Assembly: GCF_022045235.1 (NCBI RefSeq)
Contig: NW_027266343.1
Span: forward strand, 32,984,001-33,048,000
DNA: 64,000 bases
Source: Haliotis cracherodii
Taxonomy: Eukaryota
Direction: 5' to 3'
Each line of letters begins with the position of its first letter. Position 1 is the first letter of the stretch. Positions 10,940-23,230 of this stretch are shown piece after piece. The notes beneath the pieces are model-generated. The model did not search any database and was not told the DNA's origin. It worked only from the letters and a program-made list of their open reading frames with translations. Made by a program: the position numbers and the translations under genes.

Positions 10940-11209
10940 TTGGTTGGTTGGTTGGTTGGTTGTTTTACACCGCACTCAGCAATATTCCAGCTATATGACG
11001 GCGGTCTGTAAATAATCGAGTCAGGACCAGACAATCTTGATTGATATCATGAGCATCGATCCACGCAATTGGGATCGATGACATGCATCAACCAAGTCAG
11101 CGAGCCCGACCACCCGATCCCGTTAGTGGCCTCTTACGACAAGCATAGTCGCCTTTTACGGCAAGCATGGGTTGCGGAAGACCGATACTACCCCGGGTCT
11201 TCACGGGTC
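10940..11209 (-). mobile_element. SINE-like family C, full-length copy
   Basis: Reverse complement of the 1187 copy; the (TTGG)n tail is at 10940-10962. Confidence 0.85.
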
Positions 11210-11253
11210 TTATTTGTTTGGTAATAAGATATGAAGTAAGTCACAAGTCTAGA

Positions 11254-11330
11254 CCCATTTCTGGTGTCCCCCGCCGTGATATTGCTGGAATATTGCTAAA
11301 AGCGGCATAAAACCATACTCACTCACTAAC
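11254..11330 (+). mobile_element. 5'-truncated SINE family B with a 13-bp TSD
   Basis: TSD TCACAAGTCTAGA at 11241-11253 and 11331-11343. Confidence 0.9.
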
Positions 11331-12965
11331 TCACAAGTCTAGAAGGGATAGAATATTGTGATTAGAAATAATAATGAGGTATTTGTTTGCAGCTGATTTG
11401 CATTGATATTTAATTGTAATAGCTGAGGAACAAAAGAAACTTTACCTTCCAGTTGATTTGATCATTCGTTTGATTTCAATTTTAATTTTAATTGAAGGCG
11501 ATCTTAAGTAAGCGATATAATATCCCAAAAATGAACTGTACTGGCACTTAGTCACCACTCAAAAATACTTTACTGGTTGTATTTTTAATCTATAATTTAA
11601 TTTAAATCTTTCAAAAATTAAAAAGCATATTCGCATAATACACAACTGGTGATGGGTATCTTTGACTGTCACGTCTTATCTTAAAATCAATAAAATTCGG
11701 CTCAGTTTAACAACATTTCAAACATGTTTTACCCCAATTTTCATTGAATCAATTTATTTTTACACAAAATAACCCAGCCACAGATTAGTTTTTACAAACT
11801 GTTGCAGCAATTAATGAGTGATGGTTCTTTCAACTCCATAAATAAAAAACTCGGTATTCATTATTTTGCTTCTGGGTTTCAGTTAATATGAATGTATATA
11901 TGCATGTATCACTGTTTTTGAGAAAAATGTTATAATAAGGATTAATCTTTGACATATCCATTACATATGATACACACCATGACATGAAACCCATTCATAT
12001 TTGCAGATTACGAATATTATTCCTTTTTTAATATCTAAAACGAGATCGACGGAATGAAGCTGATATAAAAGGTCATCATTATCTTTGATCAGTGTTAACT
12101 TAGAGTTACCTCCCTTTTACTGTCAACCGTGCGAGTCTGGAACGCGTGGATTTCGTCATGGAAAAATTACTCAGATTACTTGCCAATATGGTTTAGCATG
12201 TGGTCTCATATGTTGAGTGTATTTGGTGTATATGTGACATAAATTTTATTAATAATGAATTTATCTCAGAATTAAAGTATTCATTATAATGTGAAGCCGT
12301 ACACAAATATGAAATATGATAACATATTGCAATGTGGCTTGTCTGTTTCGTGCACAGCCACACCGTCTGTTATCGTTATTTAATTTTGTCAAAGCAGCAG
12401 AATTCACATGTTTAACACGAAATTGTGCATATGCATACCATGCAGCGTTTGTGCATCAATCATATATCCGGGAATAAATCACAATAACCAGTGACAGTTT
12501 GGATCAGCTTTGTTATATTTCATCTTCGAATCGTCACTTTTTAATATTAATCATCATTTCCAATTAAGTGTAATGATATGTTAATTTATTCATTAGTAAT
12601 TTGAATATTTAATTTTGGTTCATTCATTATTTTAATACATGCATGTTTATTTTTTTAATTATGGGCATGTTTCGCTGATATGATTATTCATCATTATGTT
12701 TTTAGTAATGAAATGACACTTAATACCGTAACAACACTCTATCTGAATATTAATTTATATAGGTGTATGTGTGTATAAGTATGTGTGATAATATATGTAT
12801 GTTTGCGTATGTACAAGTATAATAGGGCCACCTTAGGTGAGGAACTTTGCTAAATCCCACTGGCTATATATTTCTATAAAATATGTTTAAAACAAACGAC
12901 TTTCAGTCAGCGTCATTAAGACTATGATTTTCAGACTCAGAACACAATGAAGGTTCATTAGGAAC

Positions 12966-12967
<2 letters not shown>

Positions 12968-13048
<81 letters not shown>
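12968..13048. repeat. (AG)n microsatellite
   Basis: Direct reading. Confidence 0.97.
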
Positions 13049-13049
<1 letters not shown>

Positions 13050-13516
13050 AAACATCGTAAGACAATTAATGTGGATGAGAGGTATAGCATGAATGTTGTT
13101 TATATAATTGTTTGATATATCTTTGTAGTTGTACATTGTTATTTATAAAACCAATCATATAATGAGAATAACAGTAATAACAGTAGGTGTAGTTGTAGTA
13201 CTACGTGTACATCAGGCCGAAGTAATCTGCAAATTATAATAATCTGTCATGCCTTATTTTCGAGAACAGCGACGTAACCCCCTGGTTTACCCAGGAATAG
13301 TCAATCTAGTGCATTTCCGAAACAAATGTGATATAAAATAACGGAATTTATGTGTTTGTGTACAGTTATACTTGGAACATTAGCCCCAAATGGCTTCTTG
13401 ACACGCTACCTGCATGTTTATAATTAGTAGAAATATAATAATTATCAAATTTGTAAAACATCGCGTACAGGTAAGTGAAGGTGTTAATCAAATCCCAAGT
13501 AGTGCTAAGGAAGGTT

Positions 13517-13534
13517 TACTACTACTACTACTAC

Positions 13535-13595
<61 letters not shown>

Positions 13596-13604
13596 CATAA
13601 TCAT
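13517..13604. repeat. Compound (TAC)n(TAA)n microsatellite
   Basis: Direct reading. Confidence 0.95.
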
Positions 13605-14719
13605 TTGAAAATAACCCTTTATTATTAGTTGTCCGAAACTAGCTGTAAATGTTCACCAAATCAAAACAATAATTAAAGTCAAATTTAACAGTTATGTTAA
13701 ATGTATAATCATGTGAGAAATTGTTTGAATTGCAACTCAAAATCGCATCGGAAATCCTCACAAAAATCTTCAGAGATAAATAATTTATCTACCATTAACG
13801 CTTTAAATAAATGGCGTTTCCAATTCCAATACAATTCATCCAAGCAATTGACACTCTTAAACAACGGCCGGGATGTGAAGATAACACCGTAGGTTATAGG
13901 GAAATAGTTTAATGAAATGTTTTACCATTACCACCGGATGCCTGTCAAATCCATTTGAACACCTGTCCCTCAGGGCGATTAAGCCCTTGTCCCCTTTCCC
14001 TACCTAAACTCTCGGTCCTTAAATTGCCACATCTTGTATTTTTGTACTGACTAACACAGGTAAATGAGCCACCTGGCCAACATAAGTGCCCAACAAGCTA
14101 AGCAGAGGCCATGATTGGCCCCGAACAGGTAAACATGTAAGCGTAGATGTTAAAAAAGATTGGACAATCGAGGGTTGTTGAGTCAGAAGTGCCTCACGGT
14201 GCCCGTCTCCCGTACCTATATACCTACTTACTTATCTACAGTAGGCCCTGCGTCAGCATCAGTCTACCTGCCCATCTAGACACAGCGGAAAACAGCAAAC
14301 ATCTCCCGCGCTAATTAACGCCGAACTTGACTAATTTCCATCCATCTCTCTCCTCAATGTCAGGTGAGAAAACACCCCTGTCCGAGAAGCCGGGTGATTG
14401 ACACTTATCAGGGGGACAAATATGTACCCGGTATTTTACCTGGGTGATGGGACGCGCTGGTCAATACCCTCTTATTTACAGGTGTATTAGCGGACGGGAC
14501 CTTTCACGTGTCTTATGCACCGCACCACCTGTGTGAGAACACCGAACACTATCTCTGTATCTAAAGACTATATTTTGTGCTTATTGCATTAAACTTACAT
14601 CGCGTCATTAAAAAATATGTGAGAAAATACACACATACAATATATTTTCCAAATCAAATATGTTTTTCTCAGTATACAATGTAATAAGTGTTCGTCATCT
14701 GAGAAATGACCACCGTTAA

Positions 14720-15655
14720 CATGTGTTTGTCGTCATAGAAGTGACCATTTAGTATGACGTTTGTCGTCATAGAAGTGACCACCTAGTAAGACATTTGTCG
14801 TCATAGAAGTGACCACCTAGTAAGACGTTTGTCGCCAAAAAAGTGGCCACCTAGTAAGACGTTTGTCGTCATAGAAGTGACCACGTAGTAAGGTGTTTGT
14901 CGACATAGAAATGACCACCTAGTTACATGTGTTTGTCGTCATAGAATTCCACCACCTAGTAAAATGTTTGTCGTCATAGAAATGATCATCTTGTAACATG
15001 TGTTTGTCGTCTTAGAAATGACCATCTTGTAACATGTGTTTGTCGTAATAGAAATGACCAACTTGTAACATGTGTTTGTCGTCATAGAGATGACCATCTT
15101 GTAACATGTGTTTGCCGTCATAGAAATGACCATCTTGTAACATTGTTTGTCGACATAGAAATGACCACCTAGTTAATGTGTTTGTCGTCATAGAAATGAC
15201 CAACTTGTAACATGTGTTTGTCGTCATAGAAATGACCATATTGTATCATGTGTTTGTCGTCATAGAAATGACCATCTTGTATAATGCGTTTGTCGTCATA
15301 GAAATGACCATCTTGTAACATGTGTTTGTCGTCATAGAAATGACCATCTTGTATAATGTGTTTGTCGTCATAGAAATGACCATCTTGTGACATGTGTTTG
15401 TCGTCATAGAAATGACCATCTTGTATAATGCGTTTGTCGTCATAGAAATGACCATCTTGTGACATGTGTTTGTCGTCATAGAAATGACCATCTTGTAACA
15501 TGTGTTTGTCGTCATAGAAATGACCATCTTGTATAATGTGTTTGTCGTCATAGAAATGACCATCTTGTATAATGTGTTTGTCATCATAGAAATGACCATC
15601 TTGTATAATGTGTTTGTCGTCATAGAAATGACCATCTTGTCACATGTGCTTGTCA
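14720..15655. repeat. 36-bp minisatellite (TGTGTTTGTCGTCATAGAAATGACCATCTTGTAACA), about 26 units
   Basis: Direct tandem array; it accounts for the periodic MVISMTTNTCYK ORFs. Units are more degenerate and about 34 bp at the left edge. Confidence 0.95.
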
Positions 15656-18600
15656 TGCAAATTTAAACAGAGAAATCAGCACTTTTGACATTTGCTTGGC
15701 ATTGAAATGCCCATCTTGTGATCTTTTACAGGAATGAAGCATTCAATTTGTACTTTATGAGCGTACGCGTAACTTTGCGAATATACAACTTTTCTTGTAA
15801 GCTTAAAATCACTGAAGATGTTTTTGGTTTTTTGGATCAATGTTTATTCTATTCACAATGGCTATGAAGACCGTTTGCCTACTGAAGCACGATGGGAGAG
15901 TATGTGTTTTTTCTCCCAACCTCTCTCCACGACATCATAATTCCTTTACGTTTAAGTTCATATTGGGTTATATTACATCTCTTTGTTGTACGTATATAAT
16001 AATATGGATGTAACAAAATTTCACAAGCGACCAGTTTTTGTGGTACACGACCAAGCCCCAGGGTATGAAGATTGTACCATCTGTATACATCGGGATACAA
16101 GCTGTTTACTGCCACCAATACCAACAAGCACCTGTCTTTTATGTTAAAACGTCTTTATTTCCCCAATTCTTCCAGATTAAGGTGATGAAAGAAAATGTCA
16201 TTCGACCTCAATGAAGCAATATCTTGCCCATTTACTAACACAATACCTTAAATTATAATCGTTTAACTTGATTTATGAAGCTCTGCCCTTAATCCTGCTT
16301 TGCTGATTACCTCGACCGCAGTCTAACGCCATGTATGTAATAGTCATGGGGGGAAACCGGCCCCCCATGTTTAACATATCTAATCAATGCTATTATATGT
16401 AGCCAATGAATACTGGGCTTCTTTGCGGGTCTTGAGGACGTCCCCATATACGCCAATGCTGTGCAGAACAGCATGAAACGCGACCCTAAAGTGTACAGCT
16501 GTGTTGGGTGGACCTGGTTTTGTGTCGAGCCCGGGGGGTCGGGAACTCAGGCAGGGTGCTACCATGGTCCGCTCAATGACATGGCAGTTAAAACGTGCTG
16601 GGAAATTTGCACGCGGGATCATCTCTTCCCCATAGTGGAATATTGGCCAGCAGTGCGGAGGGGACTGCAGGATACATTGTTACATCTTAATTCGAAAACG
16701 CGATGGGTGATTAAAGGGTTAAAACGATACAAACAATGATATGAATGAGATCAGCCATCCGAAAAGAGAAGTAATGAAATGATAACACCAAGTTGATCTT
16801 TTCACATCAATATGCCGGGGTTTAGAGACTAGAGTCAATGCCGGACTATCATTTCACACGTTGAGAACAGAAAAGACTTGAATTAACATTTTGAGCAAAC
16901 CTTGTCAATTATTAGCGCCTTTAATGAGTAGAAAATAGAGCAATGCGATTGTAAAGTGACTCCCACTTAGATCCGCGCTCCCCACCCAGGGTAGGTCAGA
17001 AATTCGCTACAGGAACGATGCAGGGTCAGCAACGACTTTGACAACACGTGGCCGGTGCCTTGTTCGGAGCTTCGTCTACATTAACGTTAACAATGTCAAA
17101 AGGGTGTTTGAAATACGAACCTGGATCTGTATGGGATATATGTCTTCATTAACGCCGGTTTATGACTCGTACGTATCATCTCTGGGGCTTTGAGGTTCGT
17201 GTGTGTGTTTACCTTTAATAAACGAAAACATGGCAGTTTACTGGTTAGGTGATGGCGAACAAGGGTGCACGGCTCGTGTCTGAAGACCGCAACGGCCGGA
17301 TATGATTTATGGCTCAAGATGCGGAAAATGGCAACATCATACTGTCAAACGAAGCGCATGTTGTTAATGTCTTCAAACGACAGTTTTCTTATCTAATACA
17401 AGTGTATTTCTGTTCAAATAAAATATTTTTTCTCGAATAAACACGCATAATACAGCAGGGAATAAGTAACTAATGGTATATTACATTGCAGCCATTCGTG
17501 ACGAAATAAACAAAATACATGGCTGTAGCAAATATGGACGTCGACAGTGTCATTTATATCTCGGTTTGTACGAGATTTCATGTTAGTCAAATTGCTTTGT
17601 TCTCGGGCATATGATTGGTGACCTTACTTTCAATTTGTTGATTAGTTGCAATATATTCTGTCAATTTATTATGTCAATATAAGCTCCATGTCAGTCCATG
17701 ACGGCAATATGAAATCGTTCGTACATTTTTTTAGAAGAAATTGATGAAGGAAACACTTTCAAAAGTGTTTGAAAGTAATAAAAGAAAGTAAAACCTCATT
17801 AGCTTGTGCTTAGTTTGTAATATAATTTAAAACGATTATACTTTATTATCCCGGAATAAGACCTATTCGCACAAGTTGCTTATATCAGAACTACGTATAC
17901 AGTGACACACTTTCAATTATCTTCGACTAACAGGTTTAACTATTTGTATAAAAGTATCAAATGTACACACATTAGATATTATCGCAAAATATATTTTACG
18001 AAATCAAGAAACATTGTGTGACGAAATTATTCAATTGTATCAGTCTGCTTTGCTACCAATGTGATCCCATCCCTCTCACCATCTGCACATCCCCGTTCCT
18101 GCTAATTGATTCATCAGCCCAACCATACGACCGCGGGACTATTCTTGTCACCGGCAGGGCTGTTGATACCCTCTCAAACCAATCGCCTCAACCAGTCACA
18201 ATAAGTCAGACCTCAGATAAAAATTAATTCAGGCACATGATTATCATGTTTTCTTTTGATTTTTTACTTAAAAGTTATCGAGTGAACACGACATCAAAGA
18301 TTTCCGCTTAGCGTGAAAAGTAAACGACGCTAGACGAGTTTGGTTATGTTTGCTTCATTTGCGTGATGATGAATCTGAGACGGGATTCCAGACAAAAAGC
18401 TACCTAACTCATATCCCCACATCAAAAGTACACCGACGTTCTCCTCCGGTCCCTATTCAGCGCGGCGAACGCGAATCAAAGCGAACTTCATAGTCAATGT
18501 TTTGCTACGTCTCATATCGCCATGGCATAGAGCTGGAAATTGTATTTACCAGATTATAAGTAAACCTTTTAAAACCGTTTGGTTGTTTTGAGGAAAACAG

Positions 18601-19894
18601 TATTCCATTTGCGCATCAATCTGGCCATGTTTGTTTTGCGTGCTGGCAGAACGCGCTACTCGACTCCTGCGCAAGTCCCATGTACAGACTTCCGGTTTGC
18701 AAAGACCGAAATGCATACATCATTATGTTATAAACCGCCTTAATAACGTCTAATACACAGGCCGGCCGGCCTCTAAATACACTATTAACAGATAAGCGTA
18801 TTCAAAATTTTCTTTTGTCAACATGTATTCCGTGTCTTTCCATATGCGGATGGAATAGATTTCTTTGAGATGATAGAATCGTTAAACTAATTGCACCAGC
18901 TCTAGTGAAGAGGAAGTTTGTTCTAATAGCCACCATTGCTCGGACGACTTTGATCTTCTTCGGTGTAAGAGGATCTAATATAATTACATGCTTTTATGAA
19001 TAAAGGTCCCTAATATCACGGCTATTTCATAACTAGGGTCTTGTGGATGAAGCCCTTTCCGAAGGAAACCGTAAATTGTCGTAATTTGCCGAGACCCATA
19101 GGGAACTTTTAAGCCTAATTTTTTGTTTGTTCCGACTGCCTGTCTGAAATGGTAGTCCACTCTCCCTCCATTGGCGCATTGTGATGTCACATGCTTGCAC
19201 TACTAACTGCCGATTTCCCTGTATAACAGAGTGAGGATACGGTGATGGCTACCGGTGTAGCCGACGGAGTGGATAATGCACTCGCTGTTCCTCTCAATAA
19301 AGCTTCATTATGACGACTAAAGTACTTCATGATTACATTTATTTAACAAATTGGCGATTCATCGTGACCCATGAACCGAGATTAAAAGCTTTAAAATCAA
19401 TTGCGAGGTGAAATGTTGCACAAGTAACTGATATAAACTAAACCAGCAATGACAGTGCAAAAATGGCAGGCTTTAGGAATAATGAATTAGTCATTCATTA
19501 TTATTACGTACATAGGTGCGCCTATGTCAAAACCTGCCCTTGCGTTTAAGCCAAAACACATTTATAATTAATTTTGTATTTTGGAATACCATTATCTAGT
19601 TTTGAATTGTGTTTGTTCTGGTTTCCTGGATCAGAATGAATTTCTATGTCGCTACGTTTATGTAGCTTACTGGTAGACATGACCAAACCATAACACAATC
19701 TAAAAAACAATAAATTTTGAGATTCTGCTGAAGGCATTATGAAAACTTCAGAACAAAAACACATAAAACACGTTTCCCGTGTGCGTATTCGAAAAGAAAC
19801 ATTTTTTTCTATCTAATAACATTGTAAAATACTATTAATTTTCATCCAATATTTGCAATCAATGGTGTCTTCATGTTTGAGAGGAGAGCATTTC

Positions 19895-20283
19895 CTGATA
19901 GTGGCACGTTGTCCTGTGAAGTTAAGCAACGTCGGTCTCGGGGAGTAGATGGATGGGTGACCACGTTCAGCAGCTTGACTCCTAAAAGTGGCTAGGGCTT
20001 CGGTCCTGCCCCACACTGAAGCACATGTACCACAAGTGACTTTGTTCGAAATGTGCCTATGTTCACCCAGCAGTGAGTGGGTACCAGGTACAATGAGATG
20101 GTAATGTGGTTGTTAACCTTCTAGCGCCTCACAGGCAGCTTTGGTTGTATACTCCCCGGGGAGCTGAGAATGAAAATCGAGTGCTGATCCATTGACCGGG
20201 GTAATAATAATGTAGCGCTATGAGCATCCTCTTGGTGAATGGAATCTGGCGCATTATAAATGCACTAATTATTAGTATTATTA
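19895..20283 (+). mobile_element. 5S rRNA-derived SINE (SINE3 type) with an L2-like 3' tail
   Basis: GAAGTTAAGCAACGTCGG...AGTAGATGGATGGGTGACC matches the 5S rRNA internal control region (box A to box C). Central GTTCACCCAGCAGTGAGTGGGTACC. Tail TGTAGCGCTATGAGCAT...GGCGCATTATAAATGCAC followed by (TTA)-like repeats. Confidence 0.7.
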
Positions 20284-21111
20284 TCTAAGTCCTTCTTAAA
20301 GTAGCAGTGTACGCGAGGAAAGTAACCGTTACGTATTAGCATTAGAATTGCTGTGCCTGAACACAGCAGACATAATTAGAAATAAACACAGCATTTTTAA
20401 TTTCAACAAAATCATTAAATCCGCCATCGTGTGACCTTATTTCTAGATCATCACTTGATTGTTTGGTTTCTTGACAGGCCGCCGTCGCGTGGCAGGACAA
20501 CTGTATACATTTTTATGCATGCTTACCCTTTTCGTGATTTTCCGTGATCCATTCCTATAATTTCACCACTATTTTGCCTTTGCACTCATAAGAATCTGTT
20601 TCTTTGGATAATCGATACTGGTTATTCTCTGTCGTTGACTTTTTATGTTTACATCACGGTCATAAATTTTTTTAAATTTTTTTTAATTAGATATATCAGG
20701 TCAGGGAGTGCTTTACAAGCAGTAATGACATTCGTATACATATACTGCAATACTCTCAGAGAATGATTGATCAGGGACCATATACACTAATGAAAGGGTA
20801 TAATATTTGCCGGCACATGGGAAAGGCACAAGCCCCGGGATGATTTACAGGTAGCGGGGTACATGTAAACAGTCGGTCCCATGTCACACTGCCCAGACAA
20901 CACAGCTGATGGGGTCAGAGGGACAGCGGCTTATAACAACACGGGTGACATTTGTCCTGCGTTAGCTGAGTGGACACAGGGCAGGGAAGGGTGGGACAGT
21001 GGCCACTTGTTGTCTAGCGAGAGTTGGATCAGAAGGAGGGGTTTTTTGGAACCTTTGCTCAAGATGGAACGTCTCGCTGAGATTTACTAATTGAGGTGTG
21101 GTATTATCAAC

Positions 21112-21676
21112 ATGGTGGCAGAGAAGGCAAAAGAACAGAAAATGAAGTTTACCATTGATGCCATACTGGAAGCTAAGGGGAATGATAAGGGTAAATGTTT
21201 GTGCATATCAGACTCTACAAGCAACAAATCTAACAACGGAGATCGTTTTGCCAACAAAGATGACATTTTTATCAAAGATGAACTTGACGTAAAAGAACGT
21301 TTAACCTCCGTGTACCTCAAACTGGCGACCACTCGACCAGCACTTGCTATTCCACGACCCATGTACCCCATGATGGATGATATAACCTATTCCGGACGAT
21401 ATCTACGGGAACATGGGTCTCATTTTGGACCGGAAATGAATGGCGACGGTGTGTATGACGGCAGATGTTGCCATGGTGATATGCTGAGATTCACAGGAGC
21501 TGCTCAATGGCCATCTCTCCTCACATCTACTGGTATGCTATGTCACGAGGATGCAGGGCACCGATACCCGGATGCCATGCTAGGAGTATCAACTGATGAC
21601 GTCACATCCGGTACAAGGTTGACAAGACTCTGGAACATTCAGTCTCAGATCATGAACAACATGGTTGGTGTAACTG
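21112..21676 (+). CDS. Emx: Emx/empty spiracles-like homeobox gene, exon 1
   Basis: Good Kozak context caacATGG, followed by the eh1 Groucho-binding motif KFTIDAIL near the N-terminus. The exon ends at G|GTAAGA (phase 1), which joins exon 2 in frame (G+AT = Asp). Confidence 0.8.
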
Positions 21677-21691
21677 GTAAGATTGTATGAT

Positions 21692-21925
21692 TGTGTGTTG
21701 TTTTACGCCGCACTTAGAAATATTCCAGCTATATGACGGCGGTCTGTAAATGATCGACTCTGGACCAGACAATCCAGTGATTCATTCATGAGCATCGATC
21801 CACGCAACAGGGATACGATAACATGCATCACTCAAGTCAGCGAGCCTGACTGCCCGATCCGTTAGTCGCCTTTTACGAAGAACATGGGTTGCTGGAGACC
21901 GATTCCAACCCAGATCTTCACGGTT
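21692..21925 (-). mobile_element. SINE-like family C, single-hairpin variant, starting about 15 bp into Emx intron 1
   Basis: Homologous to family C but carries only one GTCG...CGACT module. Confidence 0.8.
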
Positions 21926-21961
21926 CATACACAACCGTACGAAATCATCATTTAGCATGAA

Positions 21962-22006
<45 letters not shown>
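21962..22006. repeat. (TAG)n microsatellite
   Basis: Direct reading. Confidence 0.95.
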
Positions 22007-22459
22007 AAAACACAGAGTCACAGCACGTCCTACCTCGTGTCCGATTCTGGGTTGTCCGAATGTTGTTGACCGCCTCCGTGATCTAGTGGATAGAGCCAGA
22101 AGAACGGAAGCCTGGTGGTGGCACACGTCGCTCTTTGATTGTAATAATCTTGAACGCGGTGTCTACCGATTGTTGTTTGGTGTTTATATATAGATGGACA
22201 TTGGTATGCGTGTATGTACAACGTCAAAGTGAAATCATCTAACATGTGTTTTATTATCCATGATTGTTTCAATGATTTATATCGGCAACTGATTCCGGAA
22301 TAGGCCCCCAGGTGCCCCTGATTGTCCTAGTCTATGAAGGCTATAGGCTATAGGCTATAGTTACATTTACACTGGGATCTGACGAATTGTACGTTACCGC
22401 GCCCGACGGCGTGGATTGTTGCTCATGTCATCAATCAGTAGTTTGCCTGATGACATTAC

Positions 22460-22726
22460 TGTTTGTTTTGTTAATTGTTTGAGGCCGCACTCAGCAATAA
22501 TCCAACTGTATGACGGCGGTTTGATAATAATCGAATCATGACCAGACAATCGAGTGATTGACGTCATGAGAATCGATGTACGCAACTGGGATATGCAAAC
22601 ATGCATCAACCAAGTCAGTGAGCCTGATCAACGGATCCCGTTAGTCGCCTCTTACTACAAGCATAGTTGCCTCTTACGGCAAGCATGGGTTGCTGAAGAC
22701 CTATTCTGACCCGAATCTTCACAGGG
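22460..22726 (-). mobile_element. SINE-like family C
   Basis: Homologous to family C across its length. Confidence 0.8.
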
Positions 22727-22870
22727 ATGAGCTTATTAACAGGTTATCGTGATATAGCTGAAATATAGGTAAAGAGCGTGGACAGCATTTACTAACTGAC
22801 TAGGATGTTATTTGGTACAGATAACCTACTTTCTAAATTGTAACAAAATGTATTTCATTAATCACGTACA

Positions 22871-23230
22871 TGTGAGGTGAGGTGAGGTGAAATTGTGTTT
22901 AACGTCGCGTCCAAGATTATTACACTTATATAGCGACGTGCATGTACGTGTATGTGTTTGTTAGGCTGCTTGTACTAGTCCGGACTGATGCCGATTTATA
23001 GTGCTAGCTCACTGAGATACCATGCCGCAGTTTAACATGGATACCCCACTCAGACACAGTATACTGACTCCGAGCCGACCAGTCCTTGTTGTAGCCTCTT
23101 AATGCCGAGCGCCAGACAGGGTAACAACAAGTACCATCTTTTAACGTCATTTGGTTTGACGCGGCCGAGGATCGAACCCCCGGCCTTCCGCTCTCCGGAC
23201 AGACGCTCCACCACAAGACCAAGTCGGTCT
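22871..23230 (-). mobile_element. tRNA-derived SINE family D (Meta/MESC-like central domain, CCTCA tail)
   Basis: The minus strand has a B box GGTTCGATCC, then TTAAAAGATGGTACTTGTTGTTACCCTGTCTGGCGCTCGGCATTAAG, and ends GCGACGTTAAAC...(CCTCA)n. The Meta-domain assignment is from recalled similarity. Confidence 0.75.

Noticed and set aside
14939-15656. Repetitive ORFs (MVISMTTNTCYK / QDGHFYDDKH) resembling a shell-matrix or metal-binding protein
   Set aside because: They are translations of a 36-bp minisatellite with frame-breaking indels and no signal peptide or splice context.
16345-16369. 9-bp GC-rich hairpin CATGGGGGG...CCCCCCATG as a Helitron end or terminator
   Set aside because: No CTRR terminus follows, it is a single occurrence, and it is low complexity.
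19915-19965. 5S rRNA gene
   Set aside because: Only the internal control region is similar, and it is embedded in a SINE-like body.
21091-21111. TTG start and the ...GKIV* end given by the ORF track for Emx exon 1
   Set aside because: The ATG at 21112 has good Kozak context, and the exon ends at the GTAAG donor at 21677.
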